From positions 124,001-188,000 of the IMG/VR virus record IMGVR_UViG_3300045921_000730: DNA of 64,000 bases, one strand, 5' to 3'. Both the position numbers and the translations under genes were made by a program. How positions within the stretch are numbered: the first letter of the stretch is position 1; every line of letters starts with the position of its first letter. Below are positions 47,259 to 59,060 of this stretch, in pieces. A model generated the notes under the pieces. The model was not told where the DNA came from. It did no database searches and worked only from the letters and a program-made list of their open reading frames with translations.

Positions 47259-49904
47259 ATGAACTTTAATCATGATACTGGGACAATATTGTCCCTTGTT
47301 ACTATTGATACAACAGTTGCACCACCGATTAACCCCTCAGCACAAAATATTTTAACAATTGTTGGTAATGGTGCGTTAATACTTCCAGTTGGTGCTATTG
47401 TTGACCGTCCTTCGTCTCCAGCGGCAGGTATGTTCCGTTATCAAACAGACGGAAACGTTCTTGAATATTATAACGGTACAGTATGGACATCTTTATCTAT
47501 TGGCGGTGGTACTGTAACATCTGTTGATATTAGTGCATCATCAGGTGGTATCACAATTACTGGCAATCCAATTACATCAAGCGGCACAATTAATTTAACA
47601 TTGGATAGTGATCTACTTGCATTGGCCAACACAACAACAACCGGTCTTTATACTGTAACAGGCACAGGCACCAGTGCAACAAGATCTATTCAAGGTTCAA
47701 CTGGTAATATTGTTGTAACAAACGGCGACGGCGTTTCCGGAAACCCTGTAATTGATTTGGCTAATATTGGAACGCCAGTGGCTAATAGTTTTGTAAAAAT
47801 TACAACTGATATTCATGGTCGTGTAACAGCAACTTCTGCTGTTACAACAAGTGATATTACAGCTCTTGTAGATTCTACGTACGTAAATGTAAACGGCGAT
47901 ACATTAACTGGCACATTAACCTTCATCGGTGGCGCAACAATTACAGGCATTCCAACTCCTGTAAATTCAACAGATGTTGTTAATAAGGCATACGTCGATG
48001 GTATTGCTCAAGGAATGCAAATTAAACAAGCATGTAATCTAGCAACAACGGGCAATATTGACTTATCGAATGCTCCCTCGACGATCGATGGCGTTTCACC
48101 TTCCAATGGTAATCGTATTTTAGTTCGTGCACAAACAAACGCGGCAGACAATGGTATATACATTTACAATGGCCCTGGAAATCCACTAACAAGAGCTACT
48201 GATTATGACACAGCTGCTGAAGTACAGCCTGGCGATTTTGTTTTCGTGATCGGTGGTAATACGCTTGCTACTACATCATGGGTACAAACACAAGACGTAA
48301 CAACACTAGGTACAGATTCAATTCTTTTTAACCAGTTTTCAGGTCCTGGTGTTTATGTTGCAGGTGTTGGATTAGATTTAACAGGAAATATATTTAATGT
48401 AAAACTAGGTGCCGGTATTACAGAACTTCCAAACGACGAAGTTGGTGTTCACATCTACAATTATACAGGTAGCGCATTAGGTTTTTCGACATCAGGAGGC
48501 GTGAGAGTAGCAACCGAAGCTGCTGCTGTAGGAGGCGATCTTCTTTACGTATTCCTTGATGGTACAACACTAGAACAATCAGGCTCAGGACTAAAATTTC
48601 GAGATAGCGTCGGCATGAGTGTTGTTGGTCGTATTAACAACACACCTGGTCCCGTTCAAGACATTCAAGCTGGTTCAGATTACCAAATTTTACGTCGCTC
48701 GGGAACAACAATTGGTTTTGGATCAATTAATCTTTCTCAAACAGCTGCAGTAGGCACAAGTGTGTTACAGGTCGGTAACGGTGGTACCGGATTATCAGTT
48801 CTTGGCGCTGCTAATACATTCTTGTCAGTAAATCCAGGTGGTTCAGCATATGAATATAAAACATTGCAAACTTCCGGATCCGGTCAAACAATTAGTTTTG
48901 CCTCCGGCACAGCAACCTTTACACTCGACACAGACTTGCAGGCATTGGCTGATACGACAACAACTGGCATTTATACAATTACGGGAGCTGGAACGTCTGC
49001 CACAAGAACAATTACAGGAACAACCAATCGCATCGATGTAACCAATGGTTCAGGAGTTTCTGGAAATCCAACAGTTGACATTGCTGCAACATATGCTGGT
49101 CAAGCATCTATTACAACGCTTGGTACAATAACAACAGGCACATGGAACGCTACACCAATTCAACCAGCATATGGCGGTACAGGTTTAACTTCACTTGGCG
49201 GTGCAAACACAGTTCTTGGTGTAAATGGTGCGGGTACAGCTGCTGAATATAAAACACTTGTGGGAGGTATAGGCATTACTGTCGTACACGGTGCAGGCAC
49301 AATAACACTTTCAACGTCTGAAACGCTTGATTTGTATCGTGAGAATCCATCAACACCAACAACACCTTTAGCTACTGGAACAAATGCAATTGCACTCGGT
49401 TCTAACTCTACATCATCAGCAACAGAAGGTTTTGCTGTCGGTAATGGATCTAATGCTCGTGTATTTGGAATGAAAGCATACGCAAACGGCGAATTTGCAA
49501 GTGCTGGCGATGCACAAATGGGCATTTATGTTTTACGTAACGAAACGACTGATAACACGGCAACAGAACTATTCTTAGATGGTACAGGAGGTACACAACG
49601 TTTGATTGTTATTAATAATTCTGTTTATACATTTGACATTCTAGTAGCTGCACGCAGAACAGATGCAACAGGAGGCGGTGCTGGATATCGTTTTGTTGGC
49701 GTAATTCGCAAAGATACAACACCAGGATCGACAACATTCGTTGGTACTCCATCAAAAACTGTTATTGGTGAAACTGATGGTCCGTGGGATGCAAACGTTG
49801 TTGCTGATACAATAAACGGTTCATTACGTATCAACGTTACAGGACAAAACGGCAAAACAATTCGTTGGGTAGCAACCGTAAGAACAACGGAAGTCACAAA
49901 CTAA
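47259..49904 (+). CDS. Fibre protein (Gly/Thr-rich, modular)
   Basis: TDIHGRVT, VNKAYVD, IDGV...RILVRAQT..DNGIY, NGDGVSGNP modules; AATAAATA and GGAG upstream. Confidence 0.8.
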   Translation: MNFNHDTGTILSLVTIDTTVAPPINPSAQNILTIVGNGALILPVGAIVDRPSSPAAGMFRYQTDGNVLEYYNGTVWTSLSIGGGTVTSVDISASSGGITITGNPITSSGTINLTLDSDLLALANTTTTGLYTVTGTGTSATRSIQGSTGNIVVTNGDGVSGNPVIDLANIGTPVANSFVKITTDIHGRVTATSAVTTSDITALVDSTYVNVNGDTLTGTLTFIGGATITGIPTPVNSTDVVNKAYVDGIAQGMQIKQACNLATTGNIDLSNAPSTIDGVSPSNGNRILVRAQTNAADNGIYIYNGPGNPLTRATDYDTAAEVQPGDFVFVIGGNTLATTSWVQTQDVTTLGTDSILFNQFSGPGVYVAGVGLDLTGNIFNVKLGAGITELPNDEVGVHIYNYTGSALGFSTSGGVRVATEAAAVGGDLLYVFLDGTTLEQSGSGLKFRDSVGMSVVGRINNTPGPVQDIQAGSDYQILRRSGTTIGFGSINLSQTAAVGTSVLQVGNGGTGLSVLGAANTFLSVNPGGSAYEYKTLQTSGSGQTISFASGTATFTLDTDLQALADTTTTGIYTITGAGTSATRTITGTTNRIDVTNGSGVSGNPTVDIAATYAGQASITTLGTITTGTWNATPIQPAYGGTGLTSLGGANTVLGVNGAGTAAEYKTLVGGIGITVVHGAGTITLSTSETLDLYRENPSTPTTPLATGTNAIALGSNSTSSATEGFAVGNGSNARVFGMKAYANGEFASAGDAQMGIYVLRNETTDNTATELFLDGTGGTQRLIVINNSVYTFDILVAARRTDATGGGAGYRFVGVIRKDTTPGSTTFVGTPSKTVIGETDGPWDANVVADTINGSLRINVTGQNGKTIRWVATVRTTEVTN

Positions 49905-49915
49905 AGGAAAAATAA

Positions 49916-52900
49916 ATGCAATTTGATTTTGTAACAGAAACTATAACACCAAACGAAACCAATATATTGACAATCGAAGGTGATGCTGTTGAACTTCCTT
50001 TTGGAACAACTCTTCAGCGTCCTCTCAACGCTGCTACTGGTGCATTAAGATTCAATACTGATACAGATCGTTTTGAAGGATTTTATAATAGTACATGGAT
50101 ATCGTTCACGGATTGGTCTATTATTGACAATAGACCAACCACGTTATCGGGGTATGGTATTACAGACGCTGTTTCTAACACTTTAGGCACTCCGGGAATA
50201 ATTCAAGATATTTTTGCAAATAGACCAGCAGCAGGAACTACTGGTAGATTGTTTATTGACACGACAAACAATGTAATACAAAGAGATACTGGTACAACAT
50301 GGGAAACGATTGGTACATATGTACAATTCTTAAACGATCTCTCTGATGTTGTATTATCAACCCCATCAACAAATCAAGTATTACAATATGACGGTGTAAA
50401 TTGGGTAAATTCGACAATTCCTCTTGGAAGTGTTACCTCCGTTGCCGTTGGGTCAACAACTTTAACAATTACAGGTTCTCCAATAACAACATCTGGTACA
50501 ATTACTGTTGATTTACCAAACGTTGGAACTTCTGGTACATACGTATCTGTTACAACAGATGCACAGGGACGTGTAACAAGCGGATCAACCACACAAGCCT
50601 GGAGTACAATCACAAGTACACCAACAACACTTTCTGGCTATGGTATTACTGATGCACAGCCATTAAGTACAAGTTTAACAAACCTTTCGTCGCTTCCAGG
50701 TAATGGAATAGTTGTACAAACAAATGCTACAACATTTACAAACAGATCAATCGATGGGACAACAAATCAAATCACACTAACAAACGGTGATGGAGTATCT
50801 GGTAATCCTACTATTAGTATAAGTAACAACCCCGTAATACCCGGAACAGCAAGTTTAACAATACCAACTGGTACAACAGCACAAAGACCTGGTACGCCTA
50901 CAAATGGCATGGTTCGTTATAATACGACTACCAAAGATGTTGAATTTTATGAAGACGATAAATGGGTTAATCACGTAAGAGAAGATGTACTTTTTGACCA
51001 AAGAGAACCAACAGGTTTTATAGATAGAACAACGAGCACAATATCTTTTGATGATACAACAAGAACATTTACAATTGCGCCTGTGGGGTTATTTTATGAA
51101 TACTTTTATCGAGGCGAGAGAGTAAGAAAAACAACGCCGGACACAGTTATCATACCCGATGTGGAAGGTACATATTATTTTTATTTTGATAGCAACAAAA
51201 TACTTCAACAGAGTACAACTATCCCTGATTTTTCCACGAATGTCTTAATTTCTTTCATGTATTGGAATGCAGACGATAATGTTACTGAATTTTTTGCTGA
51301 TGAACGACATGGCATAACAATGGATGGAGCAACCCACAGATATTTACATTTCACACAAGGATTTCAGTGGGTAAATGGAGCAGATATTGGTAATTTTACA
51401 ATTACAGGTACAGGAAACGCAAATACAGATGCACAGTTTAGTTTATCAAATGGTCGTTTTTATGATGAAGATTTAATTGTTAATATTAATCACGCTACTA
51501 CTCCAACAAACGCCTATGAACAAACATTAACTCCTGTCGCAAAATGTCGAATTACGTGGTTAGTCGGTACCGATAAGTTTAGATCAACTCTAACACCACA
51601 AGATTATCCAGTAATTTTAGATACAAATAGAATTTTTTATAACTTCTTTGATGGTTCAAATTGGTCAAGAGTTGAAGCTTCTGAAGGCTATTTTGTAGCT
51701 GCCTGGGTATTTGCTTCAAATGCATTACTGAATCCAATTGGTGTATTAATGGGTCAACGTCAGGATGCCACTCTCAATGATGCAGATGTAAATAACGCAT
51801 TAAGCAGTTTAAATCTATCACATTTTGAAATCCCAGAAATAAAACCTTTGTATAGGTTAATATTTCAAACAAGTTCCACATACACAAATGCTGTTAAAGC
51901 AAGGTTAGTTAGAGTTGACGATTTACGTCTTATACAAACAACCGCTGTTGGAATTTCGTCAGGCACTCAAGTGCATGGTGATTTGTCAGGCTTGTTGAAC
52001 GACGACCACCCACAGTATGTACATACATCTCAAAATAGAACAATTACAGCAGTACACACTTTAAACCCAACGTCTCCAGGAGCTCCATTTATTCTTGGAA
52101 CAAACGCAAACAATCAATTGGTAACAGGACTAAATGCTGATTTACTCGATGGATTAGATTCGACTGCATTTCAACCTATAGATAGCGACCTAACTGCATT
52201 AGCCAATACTACAACAACGGGTCTCTATGTTAGAACCGGTTCAGGTACTTCAGTAACAAGAACAATAACTGCTGGTGCAAATATTGCTGTTACAAACGGT
52301 AATGGTATAAGCGGCAACCCAACAATAGCATTCAACGGCACATTACCTATTGCAAACGGAGGTACAGGTACTACAACAACACCAACAAACGGTCAATTAT
52401 TAATTGGTAACGGTTCAGGATACACAGTTGCAACATTAACCGCTGGTTCTGGAATTTCAATCACTAATGGAGCGGGTTCTATTACAATTGCTGGTAATAC
52501 AGGTACCGTAACTTCTGTTGCTGCAACAGCACCAGCAGCCGGATTAACAATTTCTGGTTCTCCAATTACGACATCAGGCACATTAACATTTGCTCTTGCT
52601 AACGATTTGGCTGCTGTTGAAGGACTTTCGGGCACAGGTATTGCCGTAAGAACTGGTACAGATACATGGAATACAAGAACAATAACAGGCACAACAAATC
52701 AAATAACAGTAACAAACGGTGATGGAGTAAGCGGTAACCCTGCATTGAGCATTCCTTCAACTTTTGTTGCTCCCGGATCTGTACAAGTAACAACACAGTT
52801 GTATCAGACTGTTGCAGCAACGGTTACGGCTGCAGGTGCAACACAAGGAACTGCAACAGAATTAACAGCTCGTTATAATATAGTAACAACAGTTCCATCA

Positions 52901-54331
52901 GGAACAGGTGTTCGTTTACCTGTGCCAGTATCACCATTTGGTAGTGAAATATATGTAACAAACCGCGGCGCAAACAATCTAAACGTTTATCCAAACGCAA
53001 GCGCATCGATCGAGAACGGATCAGTTAATGCTGCTGTAATTTTACCACCGGGTCAACAAGCAACATTTGTATCATCGTCAGCGACACAGTGGTGGGCCAT
53101 AGAACCAATTGTGGTGGCTGGAACGAATGTATCACTAACAACCGGACCAGCAACCCTGACAGTAAATTCCAGTGGAGCAACGCCGGGCGGTGTTAATACA
53201 AACATTCAATACAATAACAACGGTGTGTTTGGTGGCGCTCAAACATTTAATTATATTAATGGTGCTCCACAAAGAGTAGAATCGCGTGGAACTGATTTAA
53301 CGACACAGCTTGTTGTAGGTTTAGGTAATCGTACATATTCTACAGCTGTTACTGACGGCAGCAACAATGCAACTGTTTATATTCAAAACAACGGTGATGC
53401 AACATCAGAAGGTTTGCGTTGTCATTTTCGTCGTTCTTCTCCTGGTATTAGTGGTTGGATTACTTACGATTATGATCAGAATACACCAAACCTTCGTTTA
53501 ACGGATGAAGATGATGATCCACCTTATGTACAGTTTAACATTATTGGTTCTGGCTCATATTCTTCACCACAATTCATGAATTTGTTTAGTGGAAGAGGAA
53601 CATATGGAAACGGAACAACAGGGTTTGCATGGAGAATTGCGCAAAACGTTACAAACGTAACAGGCATGCAAACAACTCCTGTCATGGAACTAGACTCACA
53701 GTGGTTACGTGTACCTTCTGGTACAACAGCACAAAGACCCGGTACACCTACAAACGGCATGGTTCGTTACAATTCGTCTGAACGCATGCCTGAATTTTAT
53801 CGACCAAATGTTTGGGTTCGTGCAACAGGAGTAATCGATAAAACAACTATATTACAAACAGTTACAAATACAGGTCCAACAAATATTCTTTCATATACTG
53901 TTCCGGGAGGAACACTTGGAACTGATGGAATATTAAGATTGCGTATGCAGGGCGATGTTCTGAACAGTTCTGGTGCAAACAGAACAATAACAGTCTCGGT
54001 TACTTATGGTGGTACTACAATGTATTCAGATGCAACAGGAAACTTAAGTAATGGATCGCGTACCGGTTTTTCGATTGAACTGTTTCTTGCCCCCATTAAT
54101 TCAACAACAGAACAATCATTGACTGGAGTAATTGTGTTTGGTAATACAGGTGCAGTAACGACAGGCATTATAGGAAACCTTGATTCAGGTACAGCTTTTG
54201 CACAAGCAGTTTTACTGGGCAACACTGCTTCAGTCAACAGTGCTGCAAATCAATCGTTTAATGTGGCTGTTACATTTAGTGGCACAGGCGTTACGTTAAG
54301 AAAATTCTTTCATGTTTTGGAGTTACTGTAA
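49916..54331 (+). CDS. Long fibre protein (1471 aa)
   Basis: PTTLSGYGITDA x2, GTTAQRPGTPTNGMVRYN x2, HGDLSGL..DDHPQY, LNADLLDG motifs. Confidence 0.8.
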   Translation: MQFDFVTETITPNETNILTIEGDAVELPFGTTLQRPLNAATGALRFNTDTDRFEGFYNSTWISFTDWSIIDNRPTTLSGYGITDAVSNTLGTPGIIQDIFANRPAAGTTGRLFIDTTNNVIQRDTGTTWETIGTYVQFLNDLSDVVLSTPSTNQVLQYDGVNWVNSTIPLGSVTSVAVGSTTLTITGSPITTSGTITVDLPNVGTSGTYVSVTTDAQGRVTSGSTTQAWSTITSTPTTLSGYGITDAQPLSTSLTNLSSLPGNGIVVQTNATTFTNRSIDGTTNQITLTNGDGVSGNPTISISNNPVIPGTASLTIPTGTTAQRPGTPTNGMVRYNTTTKDVEFYEDDKWVNHVREDVLFDQREPTGFIDRTTSTISFDDTTRTFTIAPVGLFYEYFYRGERVRKTTPDTVIIPDVEGTYYFYFDSNKILQQSTTIPDFSTNVLISFMYWNADDNVTEFFADERHGITMDGATHRYLHFTQGFQWVNGADIGNFTITGTGNANTDAQFSLSNGRFYDEDLIVNINHATTPTNAYEQTLTPVAKCRITWLVGTDKFRSTLTPQDYPVILDTNRIFYNFFDGSNWSRVEASEGYFVAAWVFASNALLNPIGVLMGQRQDATLNDADVNNALSSLNLSHFEIPEIKPLYRLIFQTSSTYTNAVKARLVRVDDLRLIQTTAVGISSGTQVHGDLSGLLNDDHPQYVHTSQNRTITAVHTLNPTSPGAPFILGTNANNQLVTGLNADLLDGLDSTAFQPIDSDLTALANTTTTGLYVRTGSGTSVTRTITAGANIAVTNGNGISGNPTIAFNGTLPIANGGTGTTTTPTNGQLLIGNGSGYTVATLTAGSGISITNGAGSITIAGNTGTVTSVAATAPAAGLTISGSPITTSGTLTFALANDLAAVEGLSGTGIAVRTGTDTWNTRTITGTTNQITVTNGDGVSGNPALSIPSTFVAPGSVQVTTQLYQTVAATVTAAGATQGTATELTARYNIVTTVPSGTGVRLPVPVSPFGSEIYVTNRGANNLNVYPNASASIENGSVNAAVILPPGQQATFVSSSATQWWAIEPIVVAGTNVSLTTGPATLTVNSSGATPGGVNTNIQYNNNGVFGGAQTFNYINGAPQRVESRGTDLTTQLVVGLGNRTYSTAVTDGSNNATVYIQNNGDATSEGLRCHFRRSSPGISGWITYDYDQNTPNLRLTDEDDDPPYVQFNIIGSGSYSSPQFMNLFSGRGTYGNGTTGFAWRIAQNVTNVTGMQTTPVMELDSQWLRVPSGTTAQRPGTPTNGMVRYNSSERMPEFYRPNVWVRATGVIDKTTILQTVTNTGPTNILSYTVPGGTLGTDGILRLRMQGDVLNSSGANRTITVSVTYGGTTMYSDATGNLSNGSRTGFSIELFLAPINSTTEQSLTGVIVFGNTGAVTTGIIGNLDSGTAFAQAVLLGNTASVNSAANQSFNVAVTFSGTGVTLRKFFHVLELL

Positions 54332-54928
54332 ATGTATACATGTTTTAATAAAGTAAATTTTGCGTGGACAGAAGTTGAAAATACATTGGAATTAGAGTCA
54401 CCACACGATTGGATTGTCAATCCTGTGTTTAGTGATCCTGTTCGTGCTACTCAAGTACCTCCTCGTTTGTGGTCGTATCCGGGTGGACCAACCATATACA
54501 TCCCTACAGATCAAGAGATTGATCAGCATCCAACATATTTATTAGAAACAAAAATATCGAAAATCAATGAATTGAGTTTAGCCTGCAAAAATGATATTAT
54601 TAGCGGGTTTGAGAGTAGCGCACTAGGAACACCACACATTTATGATTCTGAAGAAGTAGATCAGTTAAATTTGGTGGGAAGTGTAGCGACAACAGCTCCC
54701 ATACCCGACACTCCTGCTGGCTATTCAATATATTATGCTGTTCGTGATGTAAACACTAACGAAAAATCATATCAACTTCATACACATGGACAATTACGAC
54801 AAGTTTTGGCCGATGGCGCTCAACGCAAATTATTTTTATTACAAAAATTTGCAACCAAGCGTGCTATTGTAGAAGCACAAACAACTGTAAGTGGTGTAAA
54901 TGCAATAACATGGAACTCTAATCCATAA
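54332..54928 (+). CDS. Tail fibre assembly/chaperone-like protein (DUF4376-like)
   Basis: ACKNDIISGFESSALGTPHIYDS..DQLNL...HT..QLRQV...ITW; directly after a fibre gene. Confidence 0.65.
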   Translation: MYTCFNKVNFAWTEVENTLELESPHDWIVNPVFSDPVRATQVPPRLWSYPGGPTIYIPTDQEIDQHPTYLLETKISKINELSLACKNDIISGFESSALGTPHIYDSEEVDQLNLVGSVATTAPIPDTPAGYSIYYAVRDVNTNEKSYQLHTHGQLRQVLADGAQRKLFLLQKFATKRAIVEAQTTVSGVNAITWNSNP

Positions 54929-54955
54929 TATTTTTCATGTTTAAGATACCTTTGG

Positions 54956-54963
54956 TATAAATA
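54956..54963 (+). promoter_or_regulatory. T4-type late promoter
   Basis: TATAAATA. Confidence 0.7.
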
Positions 54964-54998
54964 GTAAAATATAGTATATTTTTGGAGAGCATGTTAAT

Positions 54999-57900
54999 AT
55001 GAAAGTTAATTTCAGACAGGGCATAGTTCGTTACGGCCCACCGCTTTTAAACGTAAATCCAACAACCGTTGATTTAATAGCCTCACCATCAACACCAACC
55101 ATTGTTGTATTTGCTGATCGTTCACAAGATTATATTTGGATTGAAAAGAATTCTGTTCCTAATGCTTGGACAATAGTTCCCGGTATTGATCAGTGGTTGT
55201 ATTGGGACATTGATTTTGGTACAGGACAAAGAACATTTGGTACAACAACATTAAGACCACTTTTTGGTAATAAAGCACCAAATCAAGCAATACTTCCTGG
55301 ACAAGCCGTAAACATTGCAGGTGTTAATTTAACGGGTGGACCTGGATCAAATTATTTTGAAGTGGTTGGTAATTTTACAGCATCTTTACCGTCAGGAAAA
55401 ACTTTTACGGTTGCTGGTTCTACAAATAACAACGGAACATACACAGTAGTATCAACTGGCTCCGTGTTTTTTCCGTCTGCTAATATTACTAGAATCCCTG
55501 TAAACCAGACAATTCCTTCTGATACTGGCACACTTGGAAGTTTAACAACACCAGGTTCAACGATTTCAAATGATCAACATTGGTTTGATACACAAAACCA
55601 GGTAATGTATGTTTTCCAAGCAACAGGCGGTCCAGGTGGTGGACGATGGATCAAGAAAATTCGCGTGTTTGCATGCTTGTTATCGAATGGTGCTGTACCT
55701 ATAAGTGTTGGAGCAGACGGTCCAGCGCTTTTTTCAGGAACACAGGCTGGTCTTAATTTCCCAGTAGATGCTGGTGAAATTTTATTTGATAGCGAGACAG
55801 GAAAACCTCTTATTCGACGTCTAACTGGATCTGAAATTCAATTTGTTACATCAGAATCAAACTTAACAACGCCTTCAGTATTTGCTTCTTCATTAAAGTT
55901 TAATTCTCTTACAGTTGCAGCAGAAACACAAGAACCTTTTGCTGGTTATATGGTTGCTAAGTTTTCTGATTTCGGAAAAATCGTACACGCAGATATAAAC
56001 ACAGCTGGAAACGAGCCCTTTGGTCTTGTCATTGAAGATGTTGATACAAATGCGTATGTTAACGTTGTTACATCAGGTTCTGTGTCTAATCCAAATTGGA
56101 ACTGGCCAACAATTAATCAATATGTTTACTGTGATAACACAGGTCTATTGACATTAACCCCAGCGTTTGCAGATCAGGTTCCTGTTGGTGTTGTTCTCGA
56201 TAGAAGAACAATTTTCTTTGGTATTCCTCCAGGATATGTTCGTCCAGGTGGTGGTTTACAAGGAACTGGTACGGTAACTTCTGTTGGTGTTACAGGTCCA
56301 TCTCAGGGTATAGGCATATCTGGTTCTCCTATTGTAACATCAGGAACAATTACACTCTCACTAACAAACGACCTCAATGCTCTTGAAGGATTAACGAGTG
56401 TTGGTTATGCGGTTCGTACAGGTGTAGATACTTGGACTACTCGTTCTATTACTGGTGCAGCAGGAGAAATCACAGTAACAAACGATAATGCTGTTATAGC
56501 AGATACTGTTTTGTCATTATCAAATGTTGGTACACCTGTAACAAACAGTTTTGTAAAAATTACAACTGATGCAAAAGGAAGAGTAACGGCAACAACACCG
56601 GTATCATCAGGCGACATCACACCACTTGTAAGTGGTAATTTCTTACCGTTGTCCGGTGGTACAATGACAGGAAGTTTAATTCTCGACGGTGATCCAATAC
56701 TTGCCTTTGAAGCAGCAACAAAACAATATGTTGATGCACTTGCATCTGGATTGCATCCAAAACAAGCTGTCCGTGTTGCAACGACAGGTAGCAACATTAC
56801 ATTATCGGGTCTTTTGACGATCGATGGTGTAACATTAAGTCCTTTAGATCGTGTTCTTGTAAAAGACCAAACAAACCCAGTTAACAACGGAATTTATGTT
56901 GCTTCTGCTGGTGCTTGGACAAGAGCTTCTGACTTCGACGGTACACCTTTTGGTGAAGTGGAAAGCGGAGACTTTGTTTATGTAATCGACGGTACAATTA
57001 ATGGTACAACTTCATGGATTGTAATAACACCAAACCCAATCAACGTTGGAACAACACCGATTAATTGGTCACCATTTGGTGTTGGCGGCGGTGCCGTTTC
57101 ATCAGTATTTGGAAGAATTGGTGCAGTTGTTGCACAAGATGGCGACTACACATTAACACAACTTGCAGATGTAACTATTACAGCGCCTTCGCTTGGACAA
57201 GTATTAAAATACAATGGCACAACATGGATAAATGATACTGATGCCACAGGTGGTTTAACAGACCCAGGTTCCAACGGAATTGTTGTTAGAACAGCTTTAA
57301 ATACAACAACAGCAAGAACAATCCAAGGTACACCTTCAGAAATCAATGTAACAAACGGAAATGGTATTTTAGGTAATCCTGTACTACAACTAGCAAACGT
57401 AGGAACGCCTGGAACATATACGTCTGTTACAGTAGATTCTAAAGGCAGAGTAACAAGCGGCACAACAACACAATCATGGAGTACTATTACATCAACGCCA
57501 ACAACACTTTCCGGCTATGGTATTACAGATGCTGTAAGAAATGCTCTTGGTACTCCAAGCATTACACAAGACATATTTGCTAACCGTCCAACCGCTGGTA
57601 CATCTGGTAGGTTGTTTGTTGATACAACAAACAACATTATTCAACGTGATGATGGTTCTAACTGGGTAACTCTTGGTGGTGTAGGCGGTGGCACTGTAAC
57701 ATCTGTTGGTATCTCAAGTACAGGTGGCTCAATTACAGTATCGGGCTCACCAATCACAACTTCTGGCACGATTGATCTGGTCGTAAATCCTGCTAACGTA
57801 AACCACAATGCACTTCAAAATTATGTTACAAACGAACACATCAATCACGCATTGGTTTTCATTAATGCAGGAGCGGGCTTAACAGGTGGTGGTGATTTAA

Positions 57901-58415
57901 CAACAACAAGAACATTGTCATTGACAAACACTGGCGTAACACCAGGTTCTTATGGTAATGGATCTAACGTAGCATCGATTACTGTTGATGCACAAGGTCG
58001 TATCACATCTGTAACCAATGTTCCTATAACTGGTGGCGGTGGTGGTTTACAACGTTATAGTGTTGGCGGTGGCTCGTACGTATTGGCTTCGGGTCCAGGT
58101 GTAACAATATCTATAACACCAGGAAATGCCGTGATCAATGGTGTTCCGGGAGTTGAAATTGTCAGTGCCTCAATTTATGTTAGCTCTGCTAATGCTTCAG
58201 GTACTGCTTTCCTTATTGACATTGGTCAAAACGAAGGTACAGGTGACAACACAAGCTATGCAACAGCATCAGTACCGAATGTTCAAGCGTGGAACGATAC
58301 TTCAGGCAGAGGTTTACGCACAACGTTAACAGCAAATATAAATTCTGGTCCAAATCTTGTACAGCTTACTGGCTTAACAGCTGGACAGCCTTTCTGGGTT
58401 AAACTTGCATTCTAA
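54999..58415 (+). CDS. Fibre protein with a capsid-cement-like domain (possible head fibre)
   Basis: Shared fibre modules in the C-terminal two thirds; decoration-like segment near aa 305-405. Confidence 0.7.
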   Translation: MKVNFRQGIVRYGPPLLNVNPTTVDLIASPSTPTIVVFADRSQDYIWIEKNSVPNAWTIVPGIDQWLYWDIDFGTGQRTFGTTTLRPLFGNKAPNQAILPGQAVNIAGVNLTGGPGSNYFEVVGNFTASLPSGKTFTVAGSTNNNGTYTVVSTGSVFFPSANITRIPVNQTIPSDTGTLGSLTTPGSTISNDQHWFDTQNQVMYVFQATGGPGGGRWIKKIRVFACLLSNGAVPISVGADGPALFSGTQAGLNFPVDAGEILFDSETGKPLIRRLTGSEIQFVTSESNLTTPSVFASSLKFNSLTVAAETQEPFAGYMVAKFSDFGKIVHADINTAGNEPFGLVIEDVDTNAYVNVVTSGSVSNPNWNWPTINQYVYCDNTGLLTLTPAFADQVPVGVVLDRRTIFFGIPPGYVRPGGGLQGTGTVTSVGVTGPSQGIGISGSPIVTSGTITLSLTNDLNALEGLTSVGYAVRTGVDTWTTRSITGAAGEITVTNDNAVIADTVLSLSNVGTPVTNSFVKITTDAKGRVTATTPVSSGDITPLVSGNFLPLSGGTMTGSLILDGDPILAFEAATKQYVDALASGLHPKQAVRVATTGSNITLSGLLTIDGVTLSPLDRVLVKDQTNPVNNGIYVASAGAWTRASDFDGTPFGEVESGDFVYVIDGTINGTTSWIVITPNPINVGTTPINWSPFGVGGGAVSSVFGRIGAVVAQDGDYTLTQLADVTITAPSLGQVLKYNGTTWINDTDATGGLTDPGSNGIVVRTALNTTTARTIQGTPSEINVTNGNGILGNPVLQLANVGTPGTYTSVTVDSKGRVTSGTTTQSWSTITSTPTTLSGYGITDAVRNALGTPSITQDIFANRPTAGTSGRLFVDTTNNIIQRDDGSNWVTLGGVGGGTVTSVGISSTGGSITVSGSPITTSGTIDLVVNPANVNHNALQNYVTNEHINHALVFINAGAGLTGGGDLTTTRTLSLTNTGVTPGSYGNGSNVASITVDAQGRITSVTNVPITGGGGGLQRYSVGGGSYVLASGPGVTISITPGNAVINGVPGVEIVSASIYVSSANASGTAFLIDIGQNEGTGDNTSYATASVPNVQAWNDTSGRGLRTTLTANINSGPNLVQLTGLTAGQPFWVKLAF

Positions 58416-58429
58416 GGGAAAAGTAAATA

Positions 58430-58966
58430 ATGAATTTATTAAATGCTAACTTGCAAATTACAAATGTTTCACCCACCCTTCAACCAGATGAATGGGAAAT
58501 AGAGAGTGATTTTTTGGATTATACTGGTTCTTTTTCTGCTCTTGATGTACAGATTGGAGATAGAATTTTTAATGATGGTACTCTTCTCGGAAATGGAATT
58601 TATATCTATCGAATAGAGCAAATTTTACCTGGAACTAACTTTAATACGTTAGTGTGTAGAGTAAAGTGGGACAGACAACAACAACCACCACTACCTAATG
58701 GACCATTTGAGCCTCTGGCATTTTTTGAATCGGCTGTCTGCAGTGTTATATATGATACAGCTACAATCACGTCATTTTCAGCACAAAATTTATCAGAACC
58801 GTTTGTTAATGCTGTTCGCAACCAAGAAACGATTCGTATAAGTAGAAAAACGCAACCAGCAACAGAAACATCGCCTGGTATTGTACGATTAGATACGCCA
58901 GCCACAAATCCAAACGATCCAATAGTTTTAACTCCTAACTCTGTAATTCAGGGGGGAAATTTTTAA
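58430..58966 (+). CDS. Fibre-associated hypothetical protein
   Basis: ATETSPGIVRL fibre repeat; ends IQGGNF. Confidence 0.6.
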   Translation: MNLLNANLQITNVSPTLQPDEWEIESDFLDYTGSFSALDVQIGDRIFNDGTLLGNGIYIYRIEQILPGTNFNTLVCRVKWDRQQQPPLPNGPFEPLAFFESAVCSVIYDTATITSFSAQNLSEPFVNAVRNQETIRISRKTQPATETSPGIVRLDTPATNPNDPIVLTPNSVIQGGNF

Positions 58967-59060
58967 AAACTTTAATTTTACCATATTTAATAATAAATAT
59001 ATTCACTAAAGCTTCCAGCTTTAAACACAATAACCATTAACTTTCAAGGAGATCATAATA

